Shown: piece after piece, positions 51,133 to 61,277 of the stretch | Position numbering within the stretch: position 1 is the stretch's first letter | Layout: the number at the start of each line of letters is the position of its first letter | Virus record (IMG/VR): IMGVR_UViG_2721755586_000001 | Coordinates: 24,063-88,062 of that record | Length of the DNA stretch: 64,000 nucleotides | Source of the DNA: a virus | Reading direction: 5' to 3' (one strand) | Position numbers and translations under genes: made by a program | Notes under the pieces: model-generated | The model's input: only the letters and a program-made list of their open reading frames with translations | The model's database searches: none | What the model was told of the DNA's origin: nothing

Positions 51133-51321
51133 GTGCCAGTGCCTAATAACTTACTAAATATTATAGAACAATCGAACAAAACTATAGATAGTGTAGCTGC
51201 TGAATCAGGTATTCCAGTGAAAAGACTAGAACAAATTATATATAATCCTGAAGAGGCTAGGTTAATTGAAATGGCAAAAATAGCGATTGTTCTTAATTCA
51301 ACAATTGAAGAATTAATGTGA
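51133..51321 (+). CDS. yopO: Small XRE HTH protein (YopO/SroC)
   Basis: TIDSVAAESGIPVKRLEQII...IAIVLNSTIEEL HTH pattern; synteny. Confidence 0.75.
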   Translation: MPVPNNLLNIIEQSNKTIDSVAAESGIPVKRLEQIIYNPEEARLIEMAKIAIVLNSTIEELM

Positions 51322-51334
51322 AGGAGGGAGAAAA

Positions 51335-52417
51335 ATGAATTCGAAAGCAGTTCCATTAAAGGAATACACTGTATATAACGATATCATGACCTATCTAAAA
51401 AAGATTGATGATGAGGGGTCGGTAGGAAACACGAATCACTTTGCAAAAGCAAAAAGAAGGCATAGTGTATTTGAGACAAACACTGCTGTAAACTACTATG
51501 GGGACATTAAACAATTTTTTAAATACCTTAAACCTGAAGTGGGTATAGAGTTCTTAACTCCCGAAGATATTGAAATCACCTCAATTGACTTAATAAATTT
51601 TAGGAAACATCTGAAAGAAGAAGGTTTAGCTAATTCAACAATCAACCGTAAAGTGATATCAGTTAAAGGCTTATACAAGTTTCTTAAGTCGGTTAGTACT
51701 TATTCTTCTTTAATTGATTTAAGTCAATTTGGATCAACAAAGAAGCTAAAAGAAATATCTAAGAGTTACGGTAAAACAACTCAAACTGAAGCAGAGAGAA
51801 TTGCGGATAACATGCTGCTAGAGCGTGAGAATGGCTTAAAAAAGAAGCTACTAACAAAATTTTTAATTCGTACTTCTTTTAGAATTGAGTATGCACTTAC
51901 TGTTAGATGGATGGACATTAAAAAAATTGACGGCGAATTTTATAAAGTAGAATCCTTGAATAAAGGGGCTTATGTAGTTTCTACAGGCCTTCATGAAAAT
52001 TTTTTAAATGAGCTGAGACAATTAAAAAAACAAAACAGTATGGATAATGATTTAGTGTTTAGCGGTTTAACATCAAGATCCTTTAGAGAATCCTTCAATA
52101 GAGCTCTGGATAGATTAGGAATACCAGCCTCAAGAAACCTTAAACCTCACTCATTAAAAGGCGTGGGGATTGACATAGCGTATGAAGAGTCCGGCAATGA
52201 TATAAGGGTTGCTATGGCTCAAGGAAATCACAAAGATCCTAAGACTCCATTGAGATATTTAACTAAAAACGAGAGTATCGAAAATTCTGCGGGTATATTG
52301 ATGGATAAAGAAGTAGATTTTACATTGATTGAAAGTGCCACAAAAGAGGATTTTGTCAATTTTTTTAGAAAAGCCGATAGGGGAACTATGCAAAAGTTCC
52401 TAGAATTTGTGAGGTAA
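51335..52417 (+). CDS. yopP: Integrase-fold protein YopP/SroD
   Basis: Tyrosine recombinase fold (FRIEYA, PHSLKG, GNHK...RY) with HxxK in place of HxxR; synteny. Confidence 0.8.
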   Translation: MNSKAVPLKEYTVYNDIMTYLKKIDDEGSVGNTNHFAKAKRRHSVFETNTAVNYYGDIKQFFKYLKPEVGIEFLTPEDIEITSIDLINFRKHLKEEGLANSTINRKVISVKGLYKFLKSVSTYSSLIDLSQFGSTKKLKEISKSYGKTTQTEAERIADNMLLERENGLKKKLLTKFLIRTSFRIEYALTVRWMDIKKIDGEFYKVESLNKGAYVVSTGLHENFLNELRQLKKQNSMDNDLVFSGLTSRSFRESFNRALDRLGIPASRNLKPHSLKGVGIDIAYEESGNDIRVAMAQGNHKDPKTPLRYLTKNESIENSAGILMDKEVDFTLIESATKEDFVNFFRKADRGTMQKFLEFVR

Positions 52418-52464
52418 GTTTACATTTAGATTAATTTTATGACTATAAATTGATTTAATATAAT

Positions 52465-53892
52465 TTGTTTGTTATTTTTGTTTTAGAAGAGGTGTGTATT
52501 TGTATGAATAACTTAGTAATTTTTGATGATGAAAAAGATACGCTTCTAAACGAAACCATTGAAGTGTTATTGCAAAAAAATAAACATGACAAACATTTTA
52601 GGGAAAGACTTCAAGACATTCTTTCTAATAAAGGTGTTTCACCTGGGGAAACAATGAATCTTATTATTAGATTTGGGAGACAGGAAACACTTCGAAAAGA
52701 AGAAAAATACCTTCTAGCTTCAGGTATATATGAAGTGACTAAAGATGAAAAGATTAATCCCGTAAATTATTTCCCAGAAAGAATAATTCAAGAAATTGAA
52801 ACAACGTGGGAAGGTGTCTCACAGAATAATACCAGTGAGTTGAATTTTCCTATAACATTTAAGGATGTTACTAAAGTAGATGACAACAACTACACATTCT
52901 TACTTAAAAGAAGCGAAATAGCAAAGATGTATGAAAACCATTTGCTTCAATACAATCCAAGAACTCAAAGAACTAGTGAGACTAAAAATTTTGAGTTCTT
53001 GGGTGGGGAAATACCGATTCCTGAGCTTAATCAAGAAGCGGTAGAACAGATTTCGCAAAAAGCAATTGATGGTACATTGATAAGCTCAACATTAATATTT
53101 AATGCAAGATTTGGGTCATCTTCTGAGGGTATTGAGATATCTTATGATACAAATGAGAGAAGCTTAACGGTGATGAAAGATACCTTGGTTGATGTAATTG
53201 ATGGTTATCATCGTATTGTTGGTATTTCTAAAGCAGTAAGGTCTGGCAGCTTTGATGACAAACAAATGAAAGTGGATTTTTACAACGTAACTCAAAAAGT
53301 TGCTAGGCAGTTATTTGGGCAACATAACACGATGACACCAGTTAGACTATCGAAATTAAAAGAAATGAATGAAGAAAATCCTGTGAACAAAGTTGTTACT
53401 CATATTCGAGATAACAGTGTAATTGGTCAAAGAATAAGTTTAGATCATGATGTGATTGCAACTCAATCAGATTATTTGTATTCCTTAAATGATGTAGCAA
53501 GTGCAATGGAGGCAACAAAATTCCCTAAGTTACTGAAAGATCAAATAGCTGTAAGGAAAATTGGAGTCTTTTTGGTTGAATTCTTTGATGAATTAACTGA
53601 GCTGTATTATGAAGAATTTCTAGGAGACAAATTTGAGCAAAGCAAAAAAACTGTAGTAATTAATAAAAACATTTTGGTTGGGTTCATGGAAATAGCATAT
53701 TTTATGTACACATCTGGTATTAGCGCAAAAATGGCGCAACAAATAATTAAAAAAATGAGACTTAGCTTTATTAGAAGTAATCCAGAGTTAAAAGAGCACA
53801 AAATCTTAAATAAAAAGAATGAAGTAACCCATAGTAAAAAACATGTTATTAAATATTTCCAATACAAATTGAATGAAGTAGAAGGTGTATAG
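52465..53892 (+). CDS. yopQ: YopQ/SroE protein (ParB/DndB-like VIDGYHR domain)
   Basis: LLQYNPRTQR and VIDGYHR motifs; synteny. The likely start is MNNLVI. Confidence 0.78.
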   Translation: MFVIFVLEEVCICMNNLVIFDDEKDTLLNETIEVLLQKNKHDKHFRERLQDILSNKGVSPGETMNLIIRFGRQETLRKEEKYLLASGIYEVTKDEKINPVNYFPERIIQEIETTWEGVSQNNTSELNFPITFKDVTKVDDNNYTFLLKRSEIAKMYENHLLQYNPRTQRTSETKNFEFLGGEIPIPELNQEAVEQISQKAIDGTLISSTLIFNARFGSSSEGIEISYDTNERSLTVMKDTLVDVIDGYHRIVGISKAVRSGSFDDKQMKVDFYNVTQKVARQLFGQHNTMTPVRLSKLKEMNEENPVNKVVTHIRDNSVIGQRISLDHDVIATQSDYLYSLNDVASAMEATKFPKLLKDQIAVRKIGVFLVEFFDELTELYYEEFLGDKFEQSKKTVVINKNILVGFMEIAYFMYTSGISAKMAQQIIKKMRLSFIRSNPELKEHKILNKKNEVTHSKKHVIKYFQYKLNEVEGV

Positions 53893-53894
53893 CT

Positions 53895-54884
53895 TTGTGG
53901 TATAACAAGGAGTTTAAGAAAACATATTTAGATACATTAAGTAGTGAAAGTCTACAAAAGCAAGCCTCTCTTTTATTTAATCATTCACAAAAAGAAGAAA
54001 AAATAAGGGATAAAGACTTATTTGATTTCACAACAGATGAAATTTTGAATGTGCTAAGAGCAATGTACTCAACTTCTCTTGGATCTTTGGAAACATTCTT
54101 ATACACCATGATAACCTATATAGATTGGTCAATTGCAAATGGTGTTACTAAGGGTAGTAATAATTTAGCTAGGTTGATAAAAACTAATGATTTATTATCA
54201 TGTATAGATTCAACTTTAAAATTATATATAACTAAAAATGAATTAGAAAAAATGTGTGCAGAATTAATTAATGCTCAAGATAGGGCATTGTTTAGATTGC
54301 TTTTTGAGGGCATATTAGGTTACGAGGCAAGTGAAATGACCAGTCTTAAAAGAAGTGACATAGAAAAAGCGTTAAATAATAATAATATGCTAACTGTGCA
54401 TGATTCGAAATTTGGAGAAAGAACAATAAAAGTAGAGAAAGCAACCTTGCAAGACTGTCTTGAAGCAAACCTTGAAACAGAATATAGACCATTGAATGGG
54501 AAACCAGGGCTAAGAAAGCCATCATTAAGTTTAGTTGATAATGAATATGTAATAAAAACAAAACAGACTAATGCAATTGGGCAAGGGCAAGCTTCGAGAA
54601 CTGTAGTAAGTTCTACTTTTAGAAACCTTAAAGAAATTTTTGGTTTTTCATTTTTAAGACCCATAGGTATAGTTAAGTCAGGCCTTCTATATGAGGGTTA
54701 TAAGCTAATATTAAAAGGGGAAGAGTTGGACAGAAAAGCTCTCAATCAAATATATGAAGGAAGAAAAGTGCAGGCAAATGATTTAAATCAAAAAATTATC
54801 TCGGATCGACGAGAATTCATGAATGAGGAAACCATAAGAAAATATTACGCAGATGAACTTAAAGAAGAAGGCAAATCTATATGA
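53895..54884 (+). CDS. yopR: Master repressor MrpR/YopR/SroF (catalytically inactive recombinase fold)
   Basis: 329 aa; NAQDRALFRLLFEGI box lacking the catalytic Arg; last gene of the operon as in SPbeta. Confidence 0.82.
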   Translation: MWYNKEFKKTYLDTLSSESLQKQASLLFNHSQKEEKIRDKDLFDFTTDEILNVLRAMYSTSLGSLETFLYTMITYIDWSIANGVTKGSNNLARLIKTNDLLSCIDSTLKLYITKNELEKMCAELINAQDRALFRLLFEGILGYEASEMTSLKRSDIEKALNNNNMLTVHDSKFGERTIKVEKATLQDCLEANLETEYRPLNGKPGLRKPSLSLVDNEYVIKTKQTNAIGQGQASRTVVSSTFRNLKEIFGFSFLRPIGIVKSGLLYEGYKLILKGEELDRKALNQIYEGRKVQANDLNQKIISDRREFMNEETIRKYYADELKEEGKSI

Positions 54885-55038
54885 TTTGTCTTCTTTTTAT
54901 GAAAAATTCTAAATAATTTCCCTATTCGACAAAAAAAGACAAAATATTGTGTATACAACCTGTTATGCTTATAGTAGTATAGTCTTATCAGTGAATTCGC
55001 TGATAATGGAGGTGCACTGAGACAATGGTCTCAGTTAA

Positions 55039-55257
55039 TCAATGTCTTATCCTAAACTCGAACAAATCGTCAATCCTGCAGCCTAATGCCATAGCGATCT
55101 TAGCTGCTGTTTTAATACGGATGTCTACAGGTTGATTGATTATTTGGAAGATGGTTTGTGGTGTCAGGCCAGTGGCTCTTGCCAAATCAGCCTGTGTCCA
55201 GTTTTTTTCCTTTAGCAGTTTAGGAATATGACATTGCCCGATCTCTACATTTAACAT
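55039..55257 (-). CDS. yopS: XRE HTH protein (YopS position)
   Basis: KLLKEKNWTQADLARATGLTPQTIFQII...KIAMALGCRIDDLF. Confidence 0.8.
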   Translation of the reverse strand: MLNVEIGQCHIPKLLKEKNWTQADLARATGLTPQTIFQIINQPVDIRIKTAAKIAMALGCRIDDLFEFRIRH

Positions 55258-55437
55258 CGGACAACCTCCAGTTTTGGTGTTAAAATGTACAAGCTCTATT
55301 ACATATCATACCAACTTAACCAGAATAAAAAAAGAAAAAAATATTGTAGCCAATATTAGAGCGAAGATGTATAATTAGAACAAGAAACAGAACACACGTT
55401 CCTTTTATGTTGCAGGAGACTAATTAGATAGGGAGAA

Positions 55438-55665
55438 ATGAGTATGGCTAATAAGTTTAAAGCCTGCTTCGTTATAAGCGCTGATACATTCATAGATATT
55501 GATGATGTTGAAAATGCTGAGGCTGCGTATAAAAAAGCGGAATTGGTTATGACACCTTATGAATTAACAACAGATATTATATTAAAAATTGGTGACAGGG
55601 AAATAAAATTAGAAACTGGATGTTTGGATATCACATTATTAGATGATGTTGAAGAAATAGATTAA
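55438..55665 (+). CDS. Small acidic hypothetical protein
   Basis: 75 aa, RBS AGGGAG. Confidence 0.6.
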   Translation: MSMANKFKACFVISADTFIDIDDVENAEAAYKKAELVMTPYELTTDIILKIGDREIKLETGCLDITLLDDVEEID

Positions 55666-55739
55666 ACCCAAAATAACATAAATCCAACATCTAAGATTGT
55701 AAGCACCTTGTTTTCGGATTGGAAAGAAGATAGCTAAAT

Positions 55740-55937
55740 ATGGCAAATGTCATTATTAAGAGAAAAGACTACCAGGATATTAATCTAAAAATCAATGTGG
55801 ACAAACTAAGTGACATGGAATTCGCCTTTGAACTTGTATTATCGGGGAAAGAAAATAGTATTACGATAACAATGAATCCCTCAGACTTGATACAGCTGAG
55901 GGATAAAATTAATGAAACAATTTTTAAACTGTCATAA
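55740..55937 (+). CDS. Small hypothetical protein
   Basis: 65 aa ORF in operon orientation. Confidence 0.55.
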   Translation: MANVIIKRKDYQDINLKINVDKLSDMEFAFELVLSGKENSITITMNPSDLIQLRDKINETIFKLS

Positions 55938-56066
55938 GAGCAAATAATGCTCTTATTTTTATGTAAATAAGTGAAACAAAAATAACAAATTTCTATTGAC
56001 AATGAAAGGAAGAGTATCGTAGTATTAAATTACAAATAACATACATTAACAAGAAAGGAGTTCTGT

Positions 56067-56237
56067 TTGGAAATATTAGAATCAAAGTTAGAAAAGATTG
56101 AGGGTTCGATTTCTAATTTCAAAAGAAATTTGAAGGAAGGTAAGACTGAAGCTATTGGAGACATTCACTCAATAATTGAATATGGATATGAAATGCTTTA
56201 CATATACGAAGCAGCAACTAAAGAAGATAAAATGTAA
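56067..56237 (+). CDS. Small hypothetical protein (56 aa, not in track)
   Basis: TTG start after AAAGGAG, downstream of a TTGACA promoter at ~55996; MEILESKLEKIEGSISNFKRNLKEGK...KEDKM. Confidence 0.6.
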   Translation: MEILESKLEKIEGSISNFKRNLKEGKTEAIGDIHSIIEYGYEMLYIYEAATKEDKM

Positions 56238-56325
56238 GTTTTATTTAGACTCTAGGAGGCGAATGCTATATCTTAAAGGATCTTTTATTCGAAATTAAAA
56301 ATACAAATTACACACATGTAAAAGA

Positions 56326-56595
56326 GTGATATCTGAAATGTTTCACATTAAAAATGGTGAAGCTGAAAGCAGGGATACATTGATTAAGTCAATTAGATTT
56401 ATTGATGAAGAAGTCTCATATTCCATTGGAGATAGTGTGGAGGGCTTCTTGGGCGCTAAGATATATTCTATCTATGACTATCGTGAAGAGCCAGAGAAAG
56501 CGTTCTGGATTCATTTAGATAATGGTGAACAGTTCTTTGTAAATAAGGGGAAAGTAATTGTAGAACATTATGAAGGAGGAGAGTATATCGACTAA
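56326..56595 (+). CDS. Small hypothetical protein
   Basis: 89 aa ORF overlapping the helicase start region. Confidence 0.5.
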   Translation: MISEMFHIKNGEAESRDTLIKSIRFIDEEVSYSIGDSVEGFLGAKIYSIYDYREEPEKAFWIHLDNGEQFFVNKGKVIVEHYEGGEYID

Positions 56596-57766
56596 GAAAT
56601 TTGAGTTATCAGAGATGCAACAGGAAGCTGTAAGGATTATTGAAGACTGGTTTAAGAATTCAAAAAAGAAATCATTTTTCCTGGCAGGGTATGCTGGAAC
56701 AGGAAAAACAACATTAGTTGAGTACATAATTAAAACAATGCGATTGAAAGATAGCGAAGTGGCTTTTGCTTGTTATACAGGCAAAGCGTCCTTGGTAGTA
56801 ACAAGAAAAGCAAACGGAAAGTATACAGCGAGTACCATACATAAACTTATTTACAACGTGAGAACGGATAGAAATGGTGACTTACATTCTGAGAAAAAAT
56901 CTAAGGATGAGCTATCTCATTTAAAACTCATTGTGATTGATGAAGCTTCAATGGTGGATGGGAAGATCATGAAAGATCTGAAGTCATTTGGTATCAAAAT
57001 TCTATTCATTGGAGATACAGGACAATTACCACCTGTATCACAAGATGGAATTGAAGATTTCATGGCTATGTTTAACAATCCAGATTTCACCCTTACTGAG
57101 ATTCATAGACAGGCAGCTGAAAACCCTATAATTAAATTGTCCATGATGGCTAGAACAAAACAAGAAATTGCTACTGGGGTATATGGAGAGAACAAAGAAG
57201 TTGTTGTCATTGATAAAGTAACGTGGGAATCGCATAAAAACAGATTATATAAAACTGCTGATCAAATCATTTGCGGGTTCAATAAAACAAGGTCACATAT
57301 TAACGATGAGATTAGGGAGCTTTTGGGTTTCGACTCAATTTATCCAATGATCGGCGATAAAATGATATGCCTGAAGAATGATTGGGATAAATCAGTTAAC
57401 GATTATTCTCTAGTTAATGGAATGACTGGTTATGTACATAAAGTATATAGCAGTGATGAAATTAAAAGGGATCCTAAATATGAGTCAACAGTTATTGATT
57501 TTAGACCAGACTTCACAGATGAATTTTTCAAGGAGCTTTATATCCCAAATGATTCAATTGGGAATCCAAGTTTTAAATTATTGCCTTATGATGAATCTGA
57601 TTACAATCGTTTTGATTTCGGATATGCAATTACCTGTCATAAATCTCAAGGGTCACAATGGGACAATGTTGTTGTAATAAACGAAGTACTAAATCATGAA
57701 ACACATTATAGATGGCTTTATACAGCTATCACTAGAGCAGCTGAAAAACTTATACTTGTTGTTTAA
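56570..57766 (+). CDS. SF1B helicase, Dda/RecD2-like
   Basis: Walker A GYAGTGKT, IDEASMV, GDTGQLPPV, LTEIHRQ, YAITCHKSQGS and YTAITRA motifs. Confidence 0.9.
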   Translation: MKEESISTKKFELSEMQQEAVRIIEDWFKNSKKKSFFLAGYAGTGKTTLVEYIIKTMRLKDSEVAFACYTGKASLVVTRKANGKYTASTIHKLIYNVRTDRNGDLHSEKKSKDELSHLKLIVIDEASMVDGKIMKDLKSFGIKILFIGDTGQLPPVSQDGIEDFMAMFNNPDFTLTEIHRQAAENPIIKLSMMARTKQEIATGVYGENKEVVVIDKVTWESHKNRLYKTADQIICGFNKTRSHINDEIRELLGFDSIYPMIGDKMICLKNDWDKSVNDYSLVNGMTGYVHKVYSSDEIKRDPKYESTVIDFRPDFTDEFFKELYIPNDSIGNPSFKLLPYDESDYNRFDFGYAITCHKSQGSQWDNVVVINEVLNHETHYRWLYTAITRAAEKLILVV

Positions 57767-57781
57767 TTAAGGGGGAGAGAG

Positions 57782-58243
57782 ATGGAAAAAGTAATTGTAT
57801 ACACTGATGGCGGTTGTAGAGGGAATCAAAATAAAACAAATGTTGGTGGCTGGGGAGCAGTCTTATCATATAAAGGGATAGAGATTGAATTGAAAGGCAG
57901 CAAGCTAAACACAACAAACAATGTGATGGAATTGAAAGGCGTAGTTGAAGCTTTAAAGCATATAAAGACAAATAACATACATATTGAAGTTTATACAGAC
58001 TCTGCATACGTGGTTAATGGCATGAATAGTTGGGTGAAGAATTGGATTAAAAACAATTGGCGTAAATCAAACAAGAAACCAGTCGAAAACAAGGAGCTTT
58101 GGATGGAATTAAACGAACTTGTTAAGAATCAAGCGTCAGTCACATTCTTAAAAGTAAAAGGGCATAGTGGTGATGCAGGGAATGAAAAGGCAGATGAGTT
58201 GGCCAACCAAGCAATGGATGAACTTGAGAGTGTGACACCATGA
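57782..58243 (+). CDS. rnhA: Ribonuclease HI
   Basis: [22 protein letters not shown], WxxxNW...[22 protein letters not shown]. Confidence 0.93.
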   Translation: MEKVIVYTDGGCRGNQNKTNVGGWGAVLSYKGIEIELKGSKLNTTNNVMELKGVVEALKHIKTNNIHIEVYTDSAYVVNGMNSWVKNWIKNNWRKSNKKPVENKELWMELNELVKNQASVTFLKVKGHSGDAGNEKADELANQAMDELESVTP

Positions 58244-58632
58244 ATGTTAGAGAGAGGTTTTTGGAAAACAATATTCCATACGACCGTATCGACATACAAC
58301 TAATTAACTTAATAGACATTCTAAATTTTAAGCTAGGCTTGAAAACTCGACACTGCTGTTTTGGACATGAACCACTGGAAGAAATCTATGTAATTTTTGA
58401 AGATGATGTCAATCAGAAAGAGAATATGATATTAGAGATTGCTGAATTAGCAGGAAGAGAATGGATGGAACTTCATCTAAGTTTTAAAAAATGGGCTAGG
58501 TTTTCACCATTGATGTTTAATTGGCAGCTGGTGTTATCAAAAGGATTTGAGGATCCAGAAGACGATAAGAAATATAAGTACCTTAAAAAAATTGAAGAAT
58601 TCTTTGAGAAATATGCTGAAAAAGTTAAATAA
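58240..58632 (+). CDS. Hypothetical protein
   Basis: 130 aa, ATGA overlap with RNase H; KTRHCCFGH motif. Confidence 0.65.
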   Translation: MNVRERFLENNIPYDRIDIQLINLIDILNFKLGLKTRHCCFGHEPLEEIYVIFEDDVNQKENMILEIAELAGREWMELHLSFKKWARFSPLMFNWQLVLSKGFEDPEDDKKYKYLKKIEEFFEKYAEKVK

Positions 58633-58824
58633 AAGATGCATTTCATACTAAAAATGATTAGGCGATATATTAACAAATGGACGCCTCCTTATCCATGTCA
58701 TGGTTGCCTATAGTATACTATCCAATATACATAACTAAATCTGCCTAATTAAATTAACCTTTAATTTAAATGAAAGCAAAACATTTTACTTAATCTTAAA
58801 CAATGAAAAGGAAGGGATTTTATA

Positions 58825-59415
58825 ATGGGTATATTCTTAGATGTATTAAATTGGATCATTTCTAACACAGGGAATTTAGGGATGTTTATATTAACAATAT
58901 TCATAGCATTTTATTCTAAAAAATCTTCAAAGGCTAGCTTAGAAGCTTCACAACTGGCTAAAAAAGAATATGAGAGTAAGAAAGAGCCAGAAATAATAAT
59001 CTATTTTGAGCTAAATGAGCATAGATTAGATTTTAAAATGAAGAATATTGGCAATGGAGTAGCGACTAATGTTACCGCCAGTTTAGAAGAGAAGAGTGGC
59101 AATTTCCAGAAAAGTTATATGTGTAAGATTAAAAATGGCCTCTTTGATACGATTATAAAAACTTTCGCACCAGCTCAGGAGATCAATGGTATTGCAGCTG
59201 AAATTTCAGATATTAAAGATGATTCTGGGTATCCTGTGTTTACATGTAATTTTAGTTACTACGATATGAATGGTAATCAATATTTTAGAAGCTATGATTT
59301 TGATTTGAACTATATAGGAGGGTTAGTTTGGACTAAGAAAACAACCTTAAAAGAAGTCACTGAAAAATTAAAAGGAATCAACAAAGAAATAAAAAAACTC
59401 AATGATAAAATCTAA
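58825..59415 (+). CDS. Membrane-anchored hypothetical protein
   Basis: N-terminal TM (GMFILTIFIAFY); RBS AAGGAAGGG. Confidence 0.65.
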   Translation: MGIFLDVLNWIISNTGNLGMFILTIFIAFYSKKSSKASLEASQLAKKEYESKKEPEIIIYFELNEHRLDFKMKNIGNGVATNVTASLEEKSGNFQKSYMCKIKNGLFDTIIKTFAPAQEINGIAAEISDIKDDSGYPVFTCNFSYYDMNGNQYFRSYDFDLNYIGGLVWTKKTTLKEVTEKLKGINKEIKKLNDKI

Positions 59416-59558
59416 ATTTATTGAAATGAAACTTTTACATGTTGCCAACAATATTTGTAAAGATTTATTAATACAAAGATGATTAGACATTAAAATCCGT
59501 TGGCAACGTGTACAGTATTAAAATAAAAAGACTGTTTTAACAGAAAGGAGCTGATGAA

Positions 59559-60245
59559 TTGCCAATCGATTTCAAGAAATTATCTAAACAAATGTCTGAT
59601 CCTGAATGGATTAAGCAGCAAGAGAAAGAAAGAGAAGAGGAAAAACGCACTTTTGAAGAAAGTGAAAAAATAAGACATAAAACAGTATGCTTCACAGGTC
59701 ATCGGCCACAAAAATTAGGTGGGTATGACATGAAGAATCCAACAATGCTGAAGTTAAAAGAAAAGCTTCTAGAAGTGATTGAAAAATTGATTGAAGAAAA
59801 TGAAAGTGAACGATTTATCACAGGCGGTGCTTTAGGTGCTGATACTGCTGCTTTCTGGTGTGTACATATTATGAAAGAGAAGTACCCTCATATCAAAAAT
59901 ATTGTTGCGGTGCCATTTGAAAATCAAGATAAGAAATGGTCTGCGGAACAACAGACCTGGTATTGGAAGATGCTTGATAAAGCAGATGAAGTAATCAAAG
60001 TAGATGAAATTAAAAATTACAAAGACAACTCAGTTCCAACTGGAGAATATTCAATTGAAAAGCTAAGTCGAAGAAACGAGTACATGGTGGATCACAGTAA
60101 GCGTATTGTAGCGATTTATGATGGAAGCAGGAGCGGTACATCAAACTGCTTATACTATGCTCAGAATAGATATTTAGGTCATGAAATATGGAGACTGTAT
60201 CCACAATATGATTTTCAATTAGACATTTACTATACACCAAGTTAA
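59559..60245 (+). CDS. YpsA/DUF1273-like SLOG-family protein
   Basis: VCFTGHRP, FITGGALGADT, RRNEYMVD...AIYDG..SGT motifs; TTG start after AAAGGAG. Confidence 0.85.
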   Translation: MPIDFKKLSKQMSDPEWIKQQEKEREEEKRTFEESEKIRHKTVCFTGHRPQKLGGYDMKNPTMLKLKEKLLEVIEKLIEENESERFITGGALGADTAAFWCVHIMKEKYPHIKNIVAVPFENQDKKWSAEQQTWYWKMLDKADEVIKVDEIKNYKDNSVPTGEYSIEKLSRRNEYMVDHSKRIVAIYDGSRSGTSNCLYYAQNRYLGHEIWRLYPQYDFQLDIYYTPS

Positions 60246-60280
60246 GATATTTATAAAAATGCATGAAGGAGGTGTGAAAA

Positions 60281-60565
60281 TTGGAACTTGTTAACAATAA
60301 AATTTACTTAACTGAAGAAGTAAAAGAAATTTTTGGAGACGTTGTTGAGACAGCGTACATAGAAAAACAATCTTATGAAGATGAGGATACATTCAAAAAT
60401 TTCTTTAATGTTTTTAAGCGAGAAATGGAGTCACAAATAGGAGAATTAATACCTGATGAATGGAATCCAATTAGGGTTGAATTAACTAATGGGAAACGAT
60501 TTGAAATATGGTCTTCTGAAAGAGGCGGAGGTATCTCAGCAATAAAGAAAGAGGGAACACAGTAA
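60281..60565 (+). CDS. Small hypothetical protein
   Basis: 94 aa, TTG start after AAGGAGGTG. Confidence 0.65.
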   Translation: MELVNNKIYLTEEVKEIFGDVVETAYIEKQSYEDEDTFKNFFNVFKREMESQIGELIPDEWNPIRVELTNGKRFEIWSSERGGGISAIKKEGTQ

Positions 60566-60699
60566 AGAGTGGGTGCCATTTGAAATTCAAAAGGGAAGAG
60601 AATGCCTTAGAATGGCTTTTCCTACTTGTGCCTAAAGAATTAACAGATTTAGAGTAAAATCAATAAAAGGATTATTTCAAAGGAATTGGGAGGGGAAGC

Positions 60700-60894
60700 A
60701 TGAAAACAGTTGTAACAAACTTAATGGCCAGAGATATTATTTTAGACATTATCGATGAAAAAACATCAATTAGAACTCCAGAGGAGTTGGCAGATTATCT
60801 TTTGAAACATAGAGATAATGAAACCATTTTTATTGAAGGATGGGAAAGTGCAGCTGACTTAGAACCGTTTGATGATTCTGAGTGGGATGACTAA
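60700..60894 (+). CDS. Small acidic hypothetical protein
   Basis: 64 aa, RBS GGGAGGGG. Confidence 0.65.
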   Translation: MKTVVTNLMARDIILDIIDEKTSIRTPEELADYLLKHRDNETIFIEGWESAADLEPFDDSEWDD

Positions 60895-61047
60895 TTAAGG
60901 TGTATAAATTAACAAATTACATATATTTTGTATGTCTAACAGCAAAGTTCAATCTAATCTGGTATAAGATGCACCATAAAGCGGACATAAACATCTTTGA
61001 GAACTGCAGCTGGAAGTCGTATGTAGCCTATAAACAATATAAGAAGG

Positions 61048-61251
61048 ATGGTGAAAGAAGTGGACAAGGTAATTTTTAAAAAAGACATTGCTCTTGCAGA
61101 GTATCCATATAACTTACAATTCTTAAAGGACAAAGAATATGAAGTTCTTGATGAGGATAAGGAATATATTTATGTTGGACATAAAACAAATTCAAATCAA
61201 TGTACTAAAGTTCCAAAGACAGATGAAGGTACATTGTTTGAATATAAATAA
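61048..61251 (+). CDS. Small hypothetical protein (SH3-like beta pattern)
   Basis: 67 aa, RBS AAGGA. Confidence 0.55.
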   Translation: MVKEVDKVIFKKDIALAEYPYNLQFLKDKEYEVLDEDKEYIYVGHKTNSNQCTKVPKTDEGTLFEYK

Positions 61252-61277
61252 CACATATCTTGAGGGAGATAATACAT

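Larger units (their letters stand above)
34275..60923. repeat. Dispersed 12-bp element ACAAATWACATA (SPBRE-like repressor operators)
   Basis: Copies at 34275(-), 37220(-), 39942, 41799, 46138, 48902, 56032 and 60912, plus a variant at 56303; all intergenic and often in or near sigA promoters. Confidence 0.8.

Noticed and set aside
56263-56298. Mini-ORF MLYLKGSFIRN after AGGAGG
   Set aside because: RBS-to-ATG spacing is only 3 nt, there is no resemblance to the GG-ending peptides, and it is more likely a gene remnant.
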